DNA of 64,000 nt from the NCBI GenBank assembly GCA_951406725.2, contig OX597833.1, forward strand, positions 46,810,001 to 46,874,000, in the 5' to 3' direction. Positions 22,930-36,839 of the stretch are shown here, one piece after another (positions within the stretch are counted from its first letter, which is position 1; each line of letters starts with the position of its first letter). The DNA is from Octopus vulgaris (taxonomy: Eukaryota). The notes beneath the pieces are model-generated. The model searched no databases, was not told the DNA's origin, and was given only the letters and a program-made list of their open reading frames with translations. The position numbers and the translations under genes are program-made.

Positions 22930-24995
22930 GCAATACAGACTTGTTTAACACCTACCTCTCCATGAAAGTAAGGATGGGGCATATTTCTGTTTTGTCTTTA
23001 AATTTATATAAATTTGTGGTTTTTGTTCATTACAGATCAATGTCCTTTCTTGACATAAACTACTTAACTATAAACAAAAGGTGTGGCACCTGATCTCAGC
23101 CAGGTAGCATCAGCAGGGTTAGATTAAAGTAAACCGATGCCTCAAGCACAGCAAAACAATGCCATCACTCTTGTCCCTGCCAAACCTTGTTACTTAATTA
23201 ACAAGGCATTTAATACTCAATGTGAAAAACTACCGTAATTTGATGACGTAAAAGATCTACGAATTCATTAGATGCGCCCTGCTTTCAGCAGTGTATTGTT
23301 TATCTCTAACTTGTTTCCGTTGTTAGACTGTGGCCATGCTAGAGCACTGCCTTGATGAATTTTAAGTCAAATGAATTGACCCCAGTACTTAAGGGCTTCA
23401 TTCAGTATCCATCTATCAAATCCATTCACAAGTCTTTGGTCAGCCTGAGGCTACAGTATAAGACACCTATCCAAGGTGTCACACAGTGGAACTGAACCCA
23501 GACACCAGCATCAGTTGCCAAGCGATGTTGGGGGGACAAACACAGACACACAAACATACATATATACATATATACGACGGGCTTCTTTCAGTTTCCGTCT
23601 ACCAAATCCACTCATAAGGCTTTGGTCAGCCCAGAGACTATAGTAGAAGACACTTGCCCAAGGTGCCACACAGTGGGACTGAACCCGGAACCAGATGGTT
23701 GGTAAGCAAGCTACTTACCACACAGCCACTCCTGTGCCGCCCTATATACATACATACCACACACGCATACACATTTGATAGGTTTCTTTCAGTTTCCTTC
23801 TACCAAATCCATTTCCAAAGATTTAGTTGGCTCAGGGCTATAGAAGACACTTGCCCAAGGTACCACATGGTAAGATTGAACCCCAAACATGTAGTTGGAT
23901 CACGAATGTCTTAACCACACAGCCATGCCCACACCTTAAAAAAAGAACCTTCCATGATGCACCTTTCTCTTGGTGCCCTACGCATGTGCTTATATTGCTT
24001 ATTATTATTTAATGGTTAATCTGGCCCCAAGCCTCAAATAATTAGAATAATTAGCTTCTTCAACCAGTGACATAATCACCACAGCTATAGTCATAGTAAT
24101 AGTAATCCATGGTCACGTGGTAAAAAATTCAACCCTCTAGTATTGTGCTAACAAGGGACCTCTCTTTACCTGGTCACATGACTTGCTAGAAATAGCAGCA
24201 TAAATTACAACATATATTTGATATTGTAGCCTTGGGCACACCAAGCTTGAATAAACACTAGGATAGTCATGACTGGAATGTCTTAATTGTAAGTCTGTTT
24301 GATCAGGGCTGACCTGGAGGCATGCAATAAAATAACCAACAACAAACTAATAAAAACCTCTATGTGGTTGCTCAATCTGCTAGAAATAGCAACCAAATCT
24401 CACTCTACATCTTAGCAACAAAAAAAACCCCACAAACAATAGATAGTACAATCCTAGATACACTATGATGAAATGAAAATCAAAATGGTGACTACAACAA
24501 TAACAACAGACACTCTAAACATTAAAGTCACATTTACTGTTACCGACATAAAAAAAAATATTATAATACATAACAACAAAAAAAAAACCTCTTCTTGACC
24601 TTTCTTAGCTGAATTCATCATCATCCGGTCAAGATTGCTCTGATTTTCATTGAATTATTCCATTGATATGTTTCAATTATGATATTTTCTAGCATATAGG
24701 ATATGCTTTTTGTATTTTTAAATCAAAAGATTACCCTGTACCTAATGCAGCCCTATCAGGAATAGAAGACAAAAGCTGTAGGCTAAGGAACCAGATGACC
24801 CTGAAAGGGTGAAAGGCAAAGTAAACCTCAACAAAATTTGAATAGAGAACATAAATCCACAAGAAATGCTGCTAAGCATTTTATCCAGAGTGGTGACTTC
24901 TTTGCCAATTTGCTGCTTTTCACAATAATAATAATAATAATAATGATAATAATAATAATGATAATAATAATAATAATAATGATAATAATAATAAT

Positions 24996-25171
24996 ATAAT
25001 TTTTGTATTTTTTTTTAGACATTCACTAGTACAACACTAAATACAAAACCAAATATATGGCACACTAGGCATAACAACAACACGAACTTCCAACCTGTTG
25101 TCTCTTGAGGTCTCTGGGTGAGACTTGGAGCCAACTTGTACAAATATAAAGCAAAAGTCAAACATAGAATG

Positions 25172-25222
<51 letters not shown>

Positions 25223-25435
25223 TTGATAATAATAATAATAATAATAATAATACTAATAATATAATTTTCGTATGTTTTTTTTTTAGACATTCACTAGTAC
25301 AACACTAAATACAAAACCAAATATATGGCACACTAGGCATAACAACAACACGAACTTCCAACCTGTTGTCTCTCGAGGTCTCTGAGTGAGACTTGGAGCC
25401 AACTTGTACAAATATAAAGCAAAAGTCAAACATAG
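24996..25435 (+). mobile_element. Two tandem 3'-UTR fragments of a Dong/R4 LINE within (AAT)n
   Basis: 24996-25167 and 25261-25435 are near-identical to each other and to 27400-27573. Confidence 0.85.
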
Positions 25436-26501
25436 AATAATAATAATAATAATAATAATCCTTTCTAATATAGACACAAAGCCTAACATTTTGGAGAGAA
25501 GGCTAATGGATTACATCAACCCCCAGTACACATCTGGTACTTATTTCACTAATCCCAGCTGGGCACAATAATGTCAGTGACCTCCCTGCTAGAAACAGTA
25601 ATTGTTACTAACAATAAAATATTGTAAACAAGCCCAAAGTGTTACAATTTGCTATCCTAAACATATGTAAAATTGCTTATGGTGAAATTATGTGGAGACC
25701 TCTTTCCCAAACCTGATATGTCCTACATTATTTAAAGACTGCGTTACCTTTAAGAAACATTTATCAATTATCCGAATGAAAATTCTATCAGAAAGATGAA
25801 AGGAATATTACACTTTCATCCACCAGTCAGCTATTTGCAATAAATGGATAACAAGAAAACCATAGCAGTGGTTTGTTTGCACCTTGGTGCCAAAAATATG
25901 AGCTTAACATCTAACATAGCAATTCCCTAGACCAAAGTACAAACAACAATAAAACTGATCTAAAAGAAGTTAAAATATGGCACTCATAAAATGTAGCTTA
26001 CACATGATAAATTTATGGCTTCTGACTTTGTTCCAGTAGACTGTCACGGAATTGTATTTGTATGCACAGAATCATACAGTTTTCATTACAAAGACCACTT
26101 TAAAATATCTTTCAATAAGTGTATGATGAAACATATTAAATTTGTCTTTTTCCACAAAATGGATTTGTAAAACAAGGACGCGTTTTATGTGAGAGCATGT
26201 CTTATACACTAGCAAATACAGTATCTTAAAAATAATGAAGAATTTAGAAGGTTAGTGAAATAACTGTCATTGTTGAGATGGTGTTTGAAGCATACCTTGA
26301 CCAAAAAAAAAAATAAGTTCTCACATATAATTTTGGTGGAAAGCTTTAATTCCAATAGGATCAGGCATTTTTGCATTATAAAATAAGAGTTGGCGTAAGG
26401 AAAGTTGGTTATCCAAAGTGTCAAAACCAAATCTATTTTACATCATAACATATAAATGAACAGGTTCTTAGAAGCTGTGCAGGTCACTTTGGCACAAGGC
26501 T

Positions 26502-26536
<35 letters not shown>

Positions 26537-26851
26537 GATTTAAGAAGTCAACAAATATAATTTAATAGAAACATAAAACTCTGATAGTGAATATATGAAA
26601 AATTTCGACTATGGGCAGGAAGGAGAGAGTGGGAGAGAGAATGGCCAGGGGAAAGACAGAAAAAAAGAGAGAACAATCAAAGGGAGGGGAGTGGGAGGTT
26701 AGAAAGAGAAAGGAAGAGGAAGGTGGGGAAAAGGAGCGAAAGAGAAAGCGAAAGAGAATGGAAATGAAAAAAAAGAGAGAAAAAGTGAGAGATAAAGAAA
26801 AATCAAAAGGAGGGGAAATGGAAGATTAAAAAGTAAAAGATGAAGATGGGA

Positions 26852-26884
<33 letters not shown>

Positions 26885-27229
26885 GAGAGAAAGACAAAGT
26901 GTATGTGTGGCTAGAGAAGCAAAACGTTGACAATGTACAGATAGATATTCTTCCAAAAATGGCAAATCGTTCCATTCCATTCTCATTTGGAATTATATAG
27001 GATAGTGCTTGCTGCCAGAATCCCCTGCTGATTGCAATAATACTGAAAGAACGAAGAACCACAAGAGGAAGGGAAAAAAAAAACATACAAAAATCCATCA
27101 CATGGAATAGTGACAGATGAAATATTTCCTTTTTCCTTTCAAATTACCTCATTCCATTTTTCTCACTTATATTATTATATGTTATAGATTATGTGGCTTT
27201 CTTCATAGTGAATAAACAGAGACTCCTAC

Positions 27230-27260
<31 letters not shown>

Positions 27261-27263
<3 letters not shown>

Positions 27264-27585
27264 GCGAAAGGGGCTGATTGCTACCTAACTCAGATACCAG
27301 GAAACCCAAAAATGGCAGAAATTCAAAAGATAGTGCTCATGGGAACTGCTCATATCCTACGCAAAATACTTTCTATGTAATCTCAAGTTTTAAAACAAAC
27401 ATAATTTTCGTGTTTTTTTTTAAGACATTCGCTAGTACAACACTTAATACAAAACCAAATATATGGCACACTAGGCATAACAACAACATGAACTCCCAAC
27501 CTGTTGTCTCTTGAGGTCTCTGGGTGAGACTTGGAGCCAACTTGTACAAATATAAAGCAAAAGTCAAACATAGAATAATAATAAT
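27261..27585 (+). mobile_element. Dong/R4-clade LINE 3' end (C-terminus of the restriction-like endonuclease plus 3' UTR)
   Basis: 27261-27380 translates IAKGADCYLTQIPGNPKMAEIQKIVLMGTAHILRKILSM*, with the typical QK..L.GTA.ILRK motif. Flanked by (AAT)n, the known Dong target. Confidence 0.85.
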
Positions 27586-28321
27586 GGTTTCAAATTTTGG
27601 CATACAGTCAGGAATTTTAAGGGAAGGGGATAAGTTGATTACATCAACCCCAGTGCTCAACTGGTACTTATTTTTATTAATCCTGAAAGGATGAGAGCCA
27701 AGTCACCTTGGGAGGATTTGATGCCAGAACATAAAGAGCCCAAAAAAAAAAATGCCACTAAGTATCTTGTCCCATTGGCACAAGGCCAGCAATTTCAGGA
27801 GAAGGGTAAAGTTCACCACTTCAAACCCAGTGCTAAATTGGTTCTTATTTTATCACCCCTGAAACGATGAAAGGCTTAACTGTTCGGCAAAAGAGACCGA
27901 TAGAATACGTACTAGGCTTACAAAGGTCGATTTGCTCGACTAAAGGTGGTGCTCCAGTATGGCCATAGTCAAATGACTGAAAAGAGTAAAAGAGTAAACT
28001 GATATTGTTGTTATTGTAGCTGTCACAGCAATCTTTGGATAGCCAACAGAACTATGTTGTTATATTTGTTAATTAGCCCTATATCAGTCCTAATCAAGCA
28101 GATTTTGATTATCTAATGTACTCTTCCACTATTTGTTGGTGTTTCCCTCCTTCTTTTTTTAAAGAATGTAAGGCGTGATTCGAGGTAGGTTCAACTGCTA
28201 TTTCTAGCAGATTGAGTGACTATGTAGAGCACATCTTCTTCAGATCACTTCATATCTATACAAAGGCTTTTGTGAATAAACATGGAGTGAGTGAAGGTGA
28301 AGGATTTTCTGTTGATCTCAA

Positions 28322-29108
28322 CTCTTTAGCATTTAAACTGGGTACTTTTTTTTTCACCCTTTTCAAGCCCAGCCAGGCTCATAGGCCTGGTTTCCCAGTT
28401 TCTGTGGTGTATGTGTTCCCCACAGCTGGACGTGATGCCAGTCCATCACAGCGTTACTCAAGAAACAGGAAGAGAAAAAGTCGGGGCGAAAGAGTACAAC
28501 AGGGGTCACCACCACCCCCTGCCGGAGCCTCATGGAGCTTTTAGATGTTTTTGCTCAATAAACACACACAATGCCCGATATGGGAATTGAAATCACGATC
28601 CTCCGACTGTGAGTCCACAGCCATAACCACTGGGCCATTGCGCCTCCACCAAATGCGCCCTTTTAAAGCCTAGCCAGGCTCATGAGCCTGGTTTCCCAGT
28701 TTCTATGGCGTATGTATTCCCCAGCTGGACGGGATGCCAGTCCATCACAGCATTACTCATTTTTGCCACCTGAGTGGACTGGAGCAATGTGAAATGAAGT
28801 GTTTTGCTCAAGAACACAACGCATCACCTGGTCCAGGAATCGAAACCACAATCTTACAATCATGATGCTGACACCCTAACCACTAAGCCACATGCCTCCA
28901 CAAACTGGGTACATGTGACTCAAATATTTTACCAGTTTTATATCCAAACTGGCCAGATCCAGCCTTTCTTACCTGCACTTCGAAGTCATTCTAAAACTAA
29001 ACGATCACATCATCAAAACCTCAAAGCAACATGTTAATACATGATAAATCCAAAACAATGTGAATGAATACGCATTACATTTGACAGAGAGATCTGAATG
29101 CTAAAAGG
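28322..29108. mobile_element. piggyBac-type MITE interrupted by a SINE-D dimer
   Basis: ctctttagcatt...aatgctaaaagg|TTAA. Body homologous to 34782-34969, 47993-48171 and 53634-53853. Confidence 0.75.
28346..28901 (-). mobile_element. Two tandem SINE-D-type copies inside one 11-bp TSD
   Basis: aaactgggtac at 28335-28345 and 28902-28912. Two tRNA-like heads (...aaccactgggccattgcgcctccac and ...aaccactaagccacatgcctccac). Confidence 0.82.
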
Positions 29109-29364
29109 TTAATGACAAGCTTTCAGTTGTACAACCAACTGAATTCCTATTCATGGAATTAACCTGTCAGCACTTGAGCTGGTTTCCCAGACACTTGTAC
29201 TCTTAACACAGTTTTCAGACTGAATCAACGTAACACAACGTGACAAGGTTGAAACTTGGAATTACAGGTACAATCCAGAGAGGAATAAAGTGACAGAGAG
29301 TAAAATCAATCCCTCTAGTATTAGGCTCCACCACAAGGTCCAGTTCATGATACTGGGTAATGAC

Positions 29365-29760
29365 TTGTGGTTTGTGTGCCTCGGTGATGCTGAGAGCTAT
29401 ACCAGCAGAACACCAGCTCTTAGTAGGGCATCCAATTCTGGACAGGTCAAAGGATAAGGGCCAGGATAATATGGACCACCTTTTCTCAGTGGTAAAAAAA
29501 ATGGGTTTGCATAGGGCCAACATCCCCACCTAGAAAAAGGCAAAGTTATAGAGGCATCAATGACAATTCAAAACTAACAAGATCTGAAAGAGGAAGGTTT
29601 TTCCTCGGGAAAATATAGGACATACTACAGCAAAATCCAAAAAGAAACCAACATCCTCTATAACACGTCAGGCCGTGACCTAGAACCCACAAGGGAGGTA
29701 GAAGACAGGACATCCAGAAAATAACTGGAGGTAGGATTCTAAGCCAGAGCTGAAAAAGCA
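29365..29760 (+). mobile_element. Decayed RTE-clade LINE 5' UTR fragment
   Basis: gtggtttgtgtgcctcggtgatgctgagagctat...ggacaggtcaaaggataagggccagga...gggtttgcatagggccaacatccccacc resembles the typical RTE 5' UTR layout (from memory). Confidence 0.5.
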
Positions 29761-30611
29761 AAGGTCCAACTGAAGAGAATCATGGAAGACAATTCAGAAT
29801 TGAGAATGGAGGAAAGTAACTGATGGCTTATACTCCATAGCATTGAACTCATAATCATGAGGTAATGAGTTTGATTTCCTGACCAGGCTGAGCCATGTGT
29901 GTTCTTGAGCAATACACTATATTTCACACTTCTCCAGTTCACTCAGCTATAGAAATGAGTTGGGATGTCAATGGTGTCACATTGTATTGGCCTTTGCCTT
30001 TCCTTTGGATAACATCGGTGGTATGGAGAGAGGAGGTCGGTATGCATGGGCGACTGCTGGTCTTCAATAAACAACCTTGCCTGGACTTGTATCTCAGAGG
30101 GGAACTTTCTTAGTGCAATCCCACGGTCATCCATGATCAAAGGGGTTTTTTTCCCATTTTACCCCATAGGGAATGAAGGGACTTAACCAACCACTAATAT
30201 TGGAATGGTATTTTACCAATTAATCTCAAATGGATGAAAAACAATGCTGACCTTGGCAAGAGAGTGCAAAGAACTGTAATGAATACTGCAAGAAAAAATA
30301 CCCAGGGACACACTCTGCAGGCAAGGTAAATAGTAACTTGTAATGTACAGCTCAGGCAAGAATGTGAGTGTTTGTTAAACAGATCAGAAAAAACAAAATC
30401 AGGAATAAAAAATAAAATATATTCTTTTTATTCTTTTACTCAGTTCACTCATTGGACTGAAGTTGTTCTGGGGCACTGCCTGAAAGGGTTTAGTCAATGA
30501 AATTGTCCCGAATACTAATCTTAACTCTAGTTATTCTATCAATCTCTTTTTGCCAAACTGCCAGGTTACAGGGATATAAACAACACAACAGTGATTGTCA
30601 AGTGGTTACAA

Positions 30612-30651
<40 letters not shown>

Positions 30652-30654
30652 CAC

Positions 30655-30961
30655 CGTGATTCCCGTGACCAACCAGGCTATCAGATGTTGCTACACATCG
30701 CTGGTCACAATGCGTTTCACATTGTTTTAGCTTTCAAATGACGCCACCCTGCTGGCTAAGCAAGCAGGCCAACAGAAGAAAGAGTGAGAGAAATTTGTGG
30801 CAAAAGAGTACACCAGGGATCGCCACCACCCCCTGCCGGAGCCTCATGGAGCTTTAGGTGTTTTTGCTCAATAAACACTCACAACGCCCGGTCTGCGAAT
30901 CGAAACCGCGATCCTACAACTGCGAGTCCGCTACCCTAACCACTGGGCCATTGCGCCTCCA

Positions 30962-30962
<1 letters not shown>
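30655..30962 (-). mobile_element. SINE family D
   Basis: Reverse complement of the 63704 head. Nearly identical to 52590-52880. Confidence 0.88.
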
Positions 30963-31005
<43 letters not shown>

Positions 31006-31545
31006 CATACACAATGGGCTTCCACACAGTTTCCATCTGCCAAATTCACAAAACCAGACACTGGTCGCTTGAGGACCAAATGAGTGTGACAAGCTGGATC
31101 TTGTCGTACACACATACAATCCATCCATGACATCACAGTTTCTGCTCATCAAGTTTCACTCAAGAAGGTTTGAACCCAAACTCATAACAAAAGACACTTG
31201 CTTAAGACAGCACAGAGTTAGATTGAACTCGGGATCTTGTGATTGCAAAGACAACTTCTAAACTATTCAGTCATGCTATATCCACACATACACACATATA
31301 CACTCATTATTACGTCACCATCATTTGCAATTCAAAAGAATACTCTTTTATTATTATTATTATTATTATTATGACCACTATTGTCATTCTTGTCTAAGTC
31401 GACTGTGTGTGAGTGTGTGTATATAAACTGTCTGTGTGTGTGTGGGGGGGGTCCTTCCATTATTCTCAGCAGACAATAAATACTGAACGTTTCTAGAGAT
31501 ATTTCTGAGGAAAAAGAATTTCTTATAGATTATTTTTGTCTGCTA

Positions 31546-31564
31546 TGTGTGTGTGTGTCTCTCT

Positions 31565-31657
<93 letters not shown>

Positions 31658-31827
31658 TAGATAACATGCATATACATATATATATACACATGTATACACA
31701 TACAAGTACATGCACACACACATATACATATATACATACATATATATACCTACATACATGCATACATACATATACACATACATACATATGTACATACATA
31801 TACATACATATATATACATACATATAC

Positions 31828-31866
<39 letters not shown>

Positions 31867-32079
31867 CACACACACATATATATACACACACATATATATA
31901 CACACACATATATACACACACACATATATACACACACACATATATACACACACACACACATATATATATACATACATATGTACACATATACATATATATA
32001 TATATACACACATATACTTATATATACATAAATACAAATATACATACACATGCATAAATTTATACACACACACACACAC
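31546..32079. repeat. Compound (CT)n/(TA)n/(TACA)n/(CA)n microsatellite
   Basis: Direct inspection. Confidence 0.95.
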
Positions 32080-32359
32080 CTGTCTATTTTTCCTTTAAAA
32101 AAATTGCATAAGCTAATGGCTTTTACTTTTCACTTTCATTCTTTCTGGTGGGTAGGGAGTTATTATCTATTCATTAAATACCCAGAAACTTAATTCCTGC
32201 CACCATTCAACCACCGATGGTCAAAAGGTTCTTGTACATTAATTTCATGAGCAGGCTGTTCCACTGATCAGACCAGGTAGTACTCTCATCATTCTAACTG
32301 ACAGAGTACCATATATACATATCACTATCAGACTATCTAACTGACAGAGTGCCATGCAT

Positions 32360-32660
32360 TGTTTGTTCCTTCTCGAGCCATGCCTGGCTCATAAGGGCTG
32401 GTTTCCCGGTTTCTTGGTTTATAGGTTCTCCACCTGGACGGGTGCCAGTCCATCGCAGGTGAGCTGCAAGATGCAGGAGGAAAGAGTGAGAGAAAGATGT
32501 GATGAAAGAGTCAGCAGAAGTTTCGCCATTACCTTCTGCCAGAGCCGGGTGGAGCTTAGGTGTTTCGCTCATAAACACACACATCGTCCGGTCTGAGAAT
32601 CGAACCCGCAATCCCTCGACTGTGAGTCCGCTGCTCTAACCACTAGGCCATGTGCCACCA
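32360..32660 (-). mobile_element. SINE family D (subfamily with gaaggaacaaacaa tail)
   Basis: Near-identical to 48512-48815 and 48837-49140. Flanked by agtgccatg direct repeats. Confidence 0.85.
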
Positions 32661-32679
32661 CATAGTGCCATGTATACAT

Positions 32680-33100
32680 ATCATCATTTAACGTCCACCT
32701 TCTAGGCTGACATGGGTTGAACGATTTGACAGGTGCTGGCTAGGTAGGAGACTACACTAGGCTACTGTGTCAGTTTTGGTATGGTTTTTACAGCTAGATG
32801 TCCTTCCTTACACCAACCACCCCATAGAAGGGACTCAGTGGTTTTTATGTGGCACCAGCACAGGGAAGGTCAGTTTTGGCATGGTTTTTACAGCTGGATG
32901 TCCTTCCTTACACCAACCACCCCATAGAATGGAATCAGTGTTTTTTATGTGGCACAAGCACAGGGAAGGTCAGTTTTGGCATGGTTTTTACAGCTGAATG
33001 TCCTTCCAAATGCCAGCTACTTCACAATGTAGACTGGATGCTCTTTACATGGCACCAGCACTAGCAGGGTCACCAAGTAACTTGCAAGACAAGGAATTTT
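32680..33100 (-). mobile_element. Family C retroposon with an internal ~100-bp tandem duplication
   Basis: gtcagttttgg(t/c)atggtttttacagct recurs at about 32769, 32868 and 32968. Confidence 0.8.
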
Positions 33101-33951
33101 GAAAGGGGATAGGGCATTGGAGGAAGTGATTTTGTGTCAGATGATGAAAGATTAGAATGTGACAAAGAGACAGAGAGGCAAAAAGAGGTGTCTTGCTATA
33201 GAGGAGGCACATGGGTTACCTGGTTAAGAAAGAGAGATGTGGGGGGGTGGAACAAGAAAGAGGACAGAAAAGAAGTGCTGCTGTAAAAGAGAGACTTGGT
33301 TAGCTAGCCAGAGGGAAGAGCAAGTGAAGGAGAGAGAGAGAGAGAGAGAGAGTGATCAAGAATGAGGGCAAGAAATTTACATTGACAGAGTAAGACAGAT
33401 ATATACACAATGAAAAAGGAAAAAACACAGATATGTTTGTGGGAGTCAAGAGAACAAACATCAGAAATGAAAGCAGTACTCTTTATATGTGACTGTCACG
33501 ACTCATATTCTCTTTGTCCGTCTTCTTTTCTTTCCGCTTTTCAGTTAAGAAAGAGACAAATGGCAAAATAACTCAGCCAGCTAAATGAATGATGGGTGCG
33601 GTACAGCAGGTATATACAAATTTTACAGTTTAGTCCTACACAAGGAGATGCCAATAGTAGCTATGATCAATATTAGATGTTTTCTCCAAACTTACTGTTG
33701 CTTCAATAGGAACTTTTACAATAGGAAATTTTTCAATAGCCAATAATAACAATGTTTCAAAATTTTGGCACAAGACCAGCAATTTCAGAGGAGGGGGTAA
33801 GGTGATAACATCAACCCCTGTGCTCAACTGTTACTTATTTTATCGACCCTGAAAGTCTACCTCAGCGAGATTTGAACTCAAAACATAAAGACAGACAAAA
33901 TACTGCTTAGCATATTGTCTGGCAAGCTAATGATTCTGCAAGTTTGCTACC

Positions 33952-33999
<48 letters not shown>

Positions 34000-34002
<3 letters not shown>

Positions 34003-34555
34003 GTGCTGATGCAGTACCAAGCAGTGGCTCTCATGGCTTCTGATCTTAACTGATTGGAAGTGTTATCATGTACATTGTTTTGTCTTGGTATAAAAGATGG
34101 GCTACAGCAAATATTCTGCTCAACACCACAGATTTGCTTGTCAGTTGTTTGACCGTAACCAGTTGACCATGTCTCTTGGTGGCTGACGATATGTGCATCT
34201 CTGATCACGAGCAGAAGTAGTGGGGGAGCATCATAGCCATGTGTTGAAAGGAATTCTTAGAGGTTTGGATAATTCACCTCTGGAAACATGGGTGTTTTGT
34301 TCAACATCCTTAAACAACCCTTATTCAGGGACCTTTGAGTGGGATGGGTTACTCGACCAGAAGAAAATTCTAACTGGGCCCCACCTGCAAGGTCATACAC
34401 CATTTATCTTGATATGAGATCACCATGTCATGCACATATGGTTGTGATGCATGTGCCTGGTGTACCCTTATCAGACAGGTAGTCATGATGGGTATACTGG
34501 GCTTCATATATTTTACCCCAGTGTCACTTTGATGGCATGCACTGCTCCCTCACTC
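34000..34555. mobile_element. ~555-bp insertion within (AAT)n, class unassigned
   Basis: Complex, relatively GC-balanced block sharply bounded by (AAT)n on both sides. No convincing ORF. Confidence 0.5.
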
Positions 34556-34589
<34 letters not shown>

Positions 34590-34781
34590 GTTTCAAATTT
34601 TGACACAAGGCCAGTAATTTTGGAGGGTGGGGGGAAGTTGAGTACATTAATCCCAGTACTCAACTGGTACTTATTCTATCAACCTCAAAAGGATGAAAGA
34701 AAAAGTTGTCCTTGGTGGTATTTGAAATTAGAACACGAAGAGTTATAACAAGTACTGCAGGCATTTTTTCTGATGCTTTAA

Positions 34782-34969
34782 TATTTTAGCATTTAAACTG
34801 GCCATATCTGGTCCAAATATCCAATTTGTACCAGTGAAATCCAGCCTTTCACACTTAACCTACAATGTCATTCTAAAAGTAAACAATCACAAAGCCACAA
34901 GACAATGCAGATTAATTCAAAACAACGTGAATAAACAATGCATTTGACAATCATCTGAATGCTAAAGGG
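34782..34969. mobile_element. piggyBac-type MITE
   Basis: TTAA|tattttagcatt...aatgctaaaggg|TTAA. Confidence 0.75.
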
Positions 34970-35349
34970 TTAAGGACTCTGCCATTCATGACACCTTTAT
35001 TGGTCAAGGGTCCAACCCATAAAATTACTGGACATTTGATAAAAAAAAAATGACAAAAATGTGTTGGTGTGTACACATGCAGTAGAGTAGGAGGCAGATT
35101 TAGGGTCTCCATAGGTCAATGCTGATTAAGCATTTGCCCACATACATGCAGACCTGGATAAGATGCTTTGAGGAAGACAAGCAGCTGTCTCATCATCATC
35201 ATCATCATCGTTTGACATCTGATGGTACAGCTCGTTCACTTGACCACAATAATTTTCAAGCCATTGGTGTTGGACTCCTGCATCTTGTTGGTCATCCAAC
35301 ATCCTGCTGCTGAGGTCTTCACCATATTCTGGCACAAGAGACCAAGTGG

Positions 35350-35531
35350 TTGCCCAAGGCATGTGGCTTGCCCAAGGCATGTGGCTTGCCCAAGGAATGT
35401 GGCTTGCCCAAGGCATGTGGCTTGCCCAAGGCATGTGGCTTGCCCAAGGCATGTGGCTTGCCCAAGGCATGTGGCTTGCCCAAGGCATGTGGCTTGCCCA
35501 AGGCATGTGGCTTGCCCAAGGCACATGGCTT
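35350..35531. repeat. 18-bp minisatellite (ttgcccaaggcatgtggc) x~10
   Basis: Almost perfectly homogeneous units that run directly into a SINE head. Confidence 0.95.
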
Positions 35532-35745
35532 AGTGGCTAGGGTGTTGGACTCATGATCATAAGATTATGATTTTGATTCCTGGGTCAGGTGACACAAGTT
35601 CTTGAGCAAGACACTTCATTTCATGTTCCTCCAGTCCACTCAACTGGCAAAAATGAGTAATCCTGCAATAGACCGGCATCCCATCCAGGTGGGAATCCCT
35701 GAAACCAAGAAACCAGCCCTTATGAGTTGGTATAACACGAGAAGG
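35519..35745 (+). mobile_element. SINE family D-related copy
   Basis: aggcacatggcttagtggctagggtgttggactcatgatc head and ttcttgagcaagacacttcatttca body. Confidence 0.8.
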
Positions 35746-36839
35746 TAACTTCTTTTTTTTTTCACAAGATGCCACCCCAGTCTATAGACAGAAGGGGTGA
35801 TTTCCTCTCTATTTTATGGCCTGCCACAGATGTGGGTGCCATACTATACAATACGATACTACCCTTTTTAAGTGCAGCTATTATATAACCTATTTTGACA
35901 TAGCCATCCGAGGAAAAAAACTGCCTGGAGCTACCTTCACAAGAAACTAAGTCAACGACTGGATTTGTCCTACAGGTGCTAACAGTTATTCGATAATAAC
36001 AGTAATTATTATATTTTACAAGTATATAGCAAATAGCTCTTTAATTATGGCCTTGTTATTCAAAGAGTATGGTTATATAATCTTTTTTTTTTCAATGCTA
36101 TTTCTATTTGAGTGGCTATACAGAAATTTGGAGAAAAGAGCTTGAGTATTTACTCCTCGGGAACATTGGCAAAATCAAAACCAGAACATAAGCCTTTAGT
36201 GTTCAGATCATTCTATCGAATGTAATGTTTATTTATTCACATTGGCTTGAATTAATCATGCATTATCTCATGTAGCTTTGAAATTTTGATGATGTGATTG
36301 TTTGTTTTTAGAATGTTGTTGTTGAGTAGGTGTGAGAGGCTGGAAACCCAAGGCCTCAAATTTTGGGGAAAGGGACTAAGTTGATTACAACGACCCCAGT
36401 GCATAACTGGTACTAATTCTATCTTCCCCAAAAGGATGAAAGGTTAAGTCGACCTCAACAGAATTTGAACTCAGAGCGTAATGGCAGATGAAGTACCACT
36501 AAGCATTTTGCCCAGCATGCTAACAATTCTCCCAGTTCGCCATAATAATAATAATATTAATAATGATAATAATAATAATCCTTTCTACTATAGGCACAAA
36601 GCCTGAAATTTAGGGAGAGAGGACCAGTCAATTACATGAACTCAAGTGCTCAACTGGTACTTATTTTATTGTCTCTGGGAGGAAGGGAATCAAAGTGAAC
36701 CTTGATAAGATTTGAAGACTAAACATAAAGGGTCAGATGAAATACCCCTAAGCTTTTTGTCAAACACACCAACAATTCTGCCAGCAACAACAACAACAAT
36801 GATAATAATGATGATGATAATAATAATGATAAACCATAA

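Noticed and set aside
35126-35556. Repeat proteins (MPWASH, CLGQAT, GKPHAL, LAQGMW)
   Set aside because: An 18-bp tandem repeat is open in all six frames, with no coding context.
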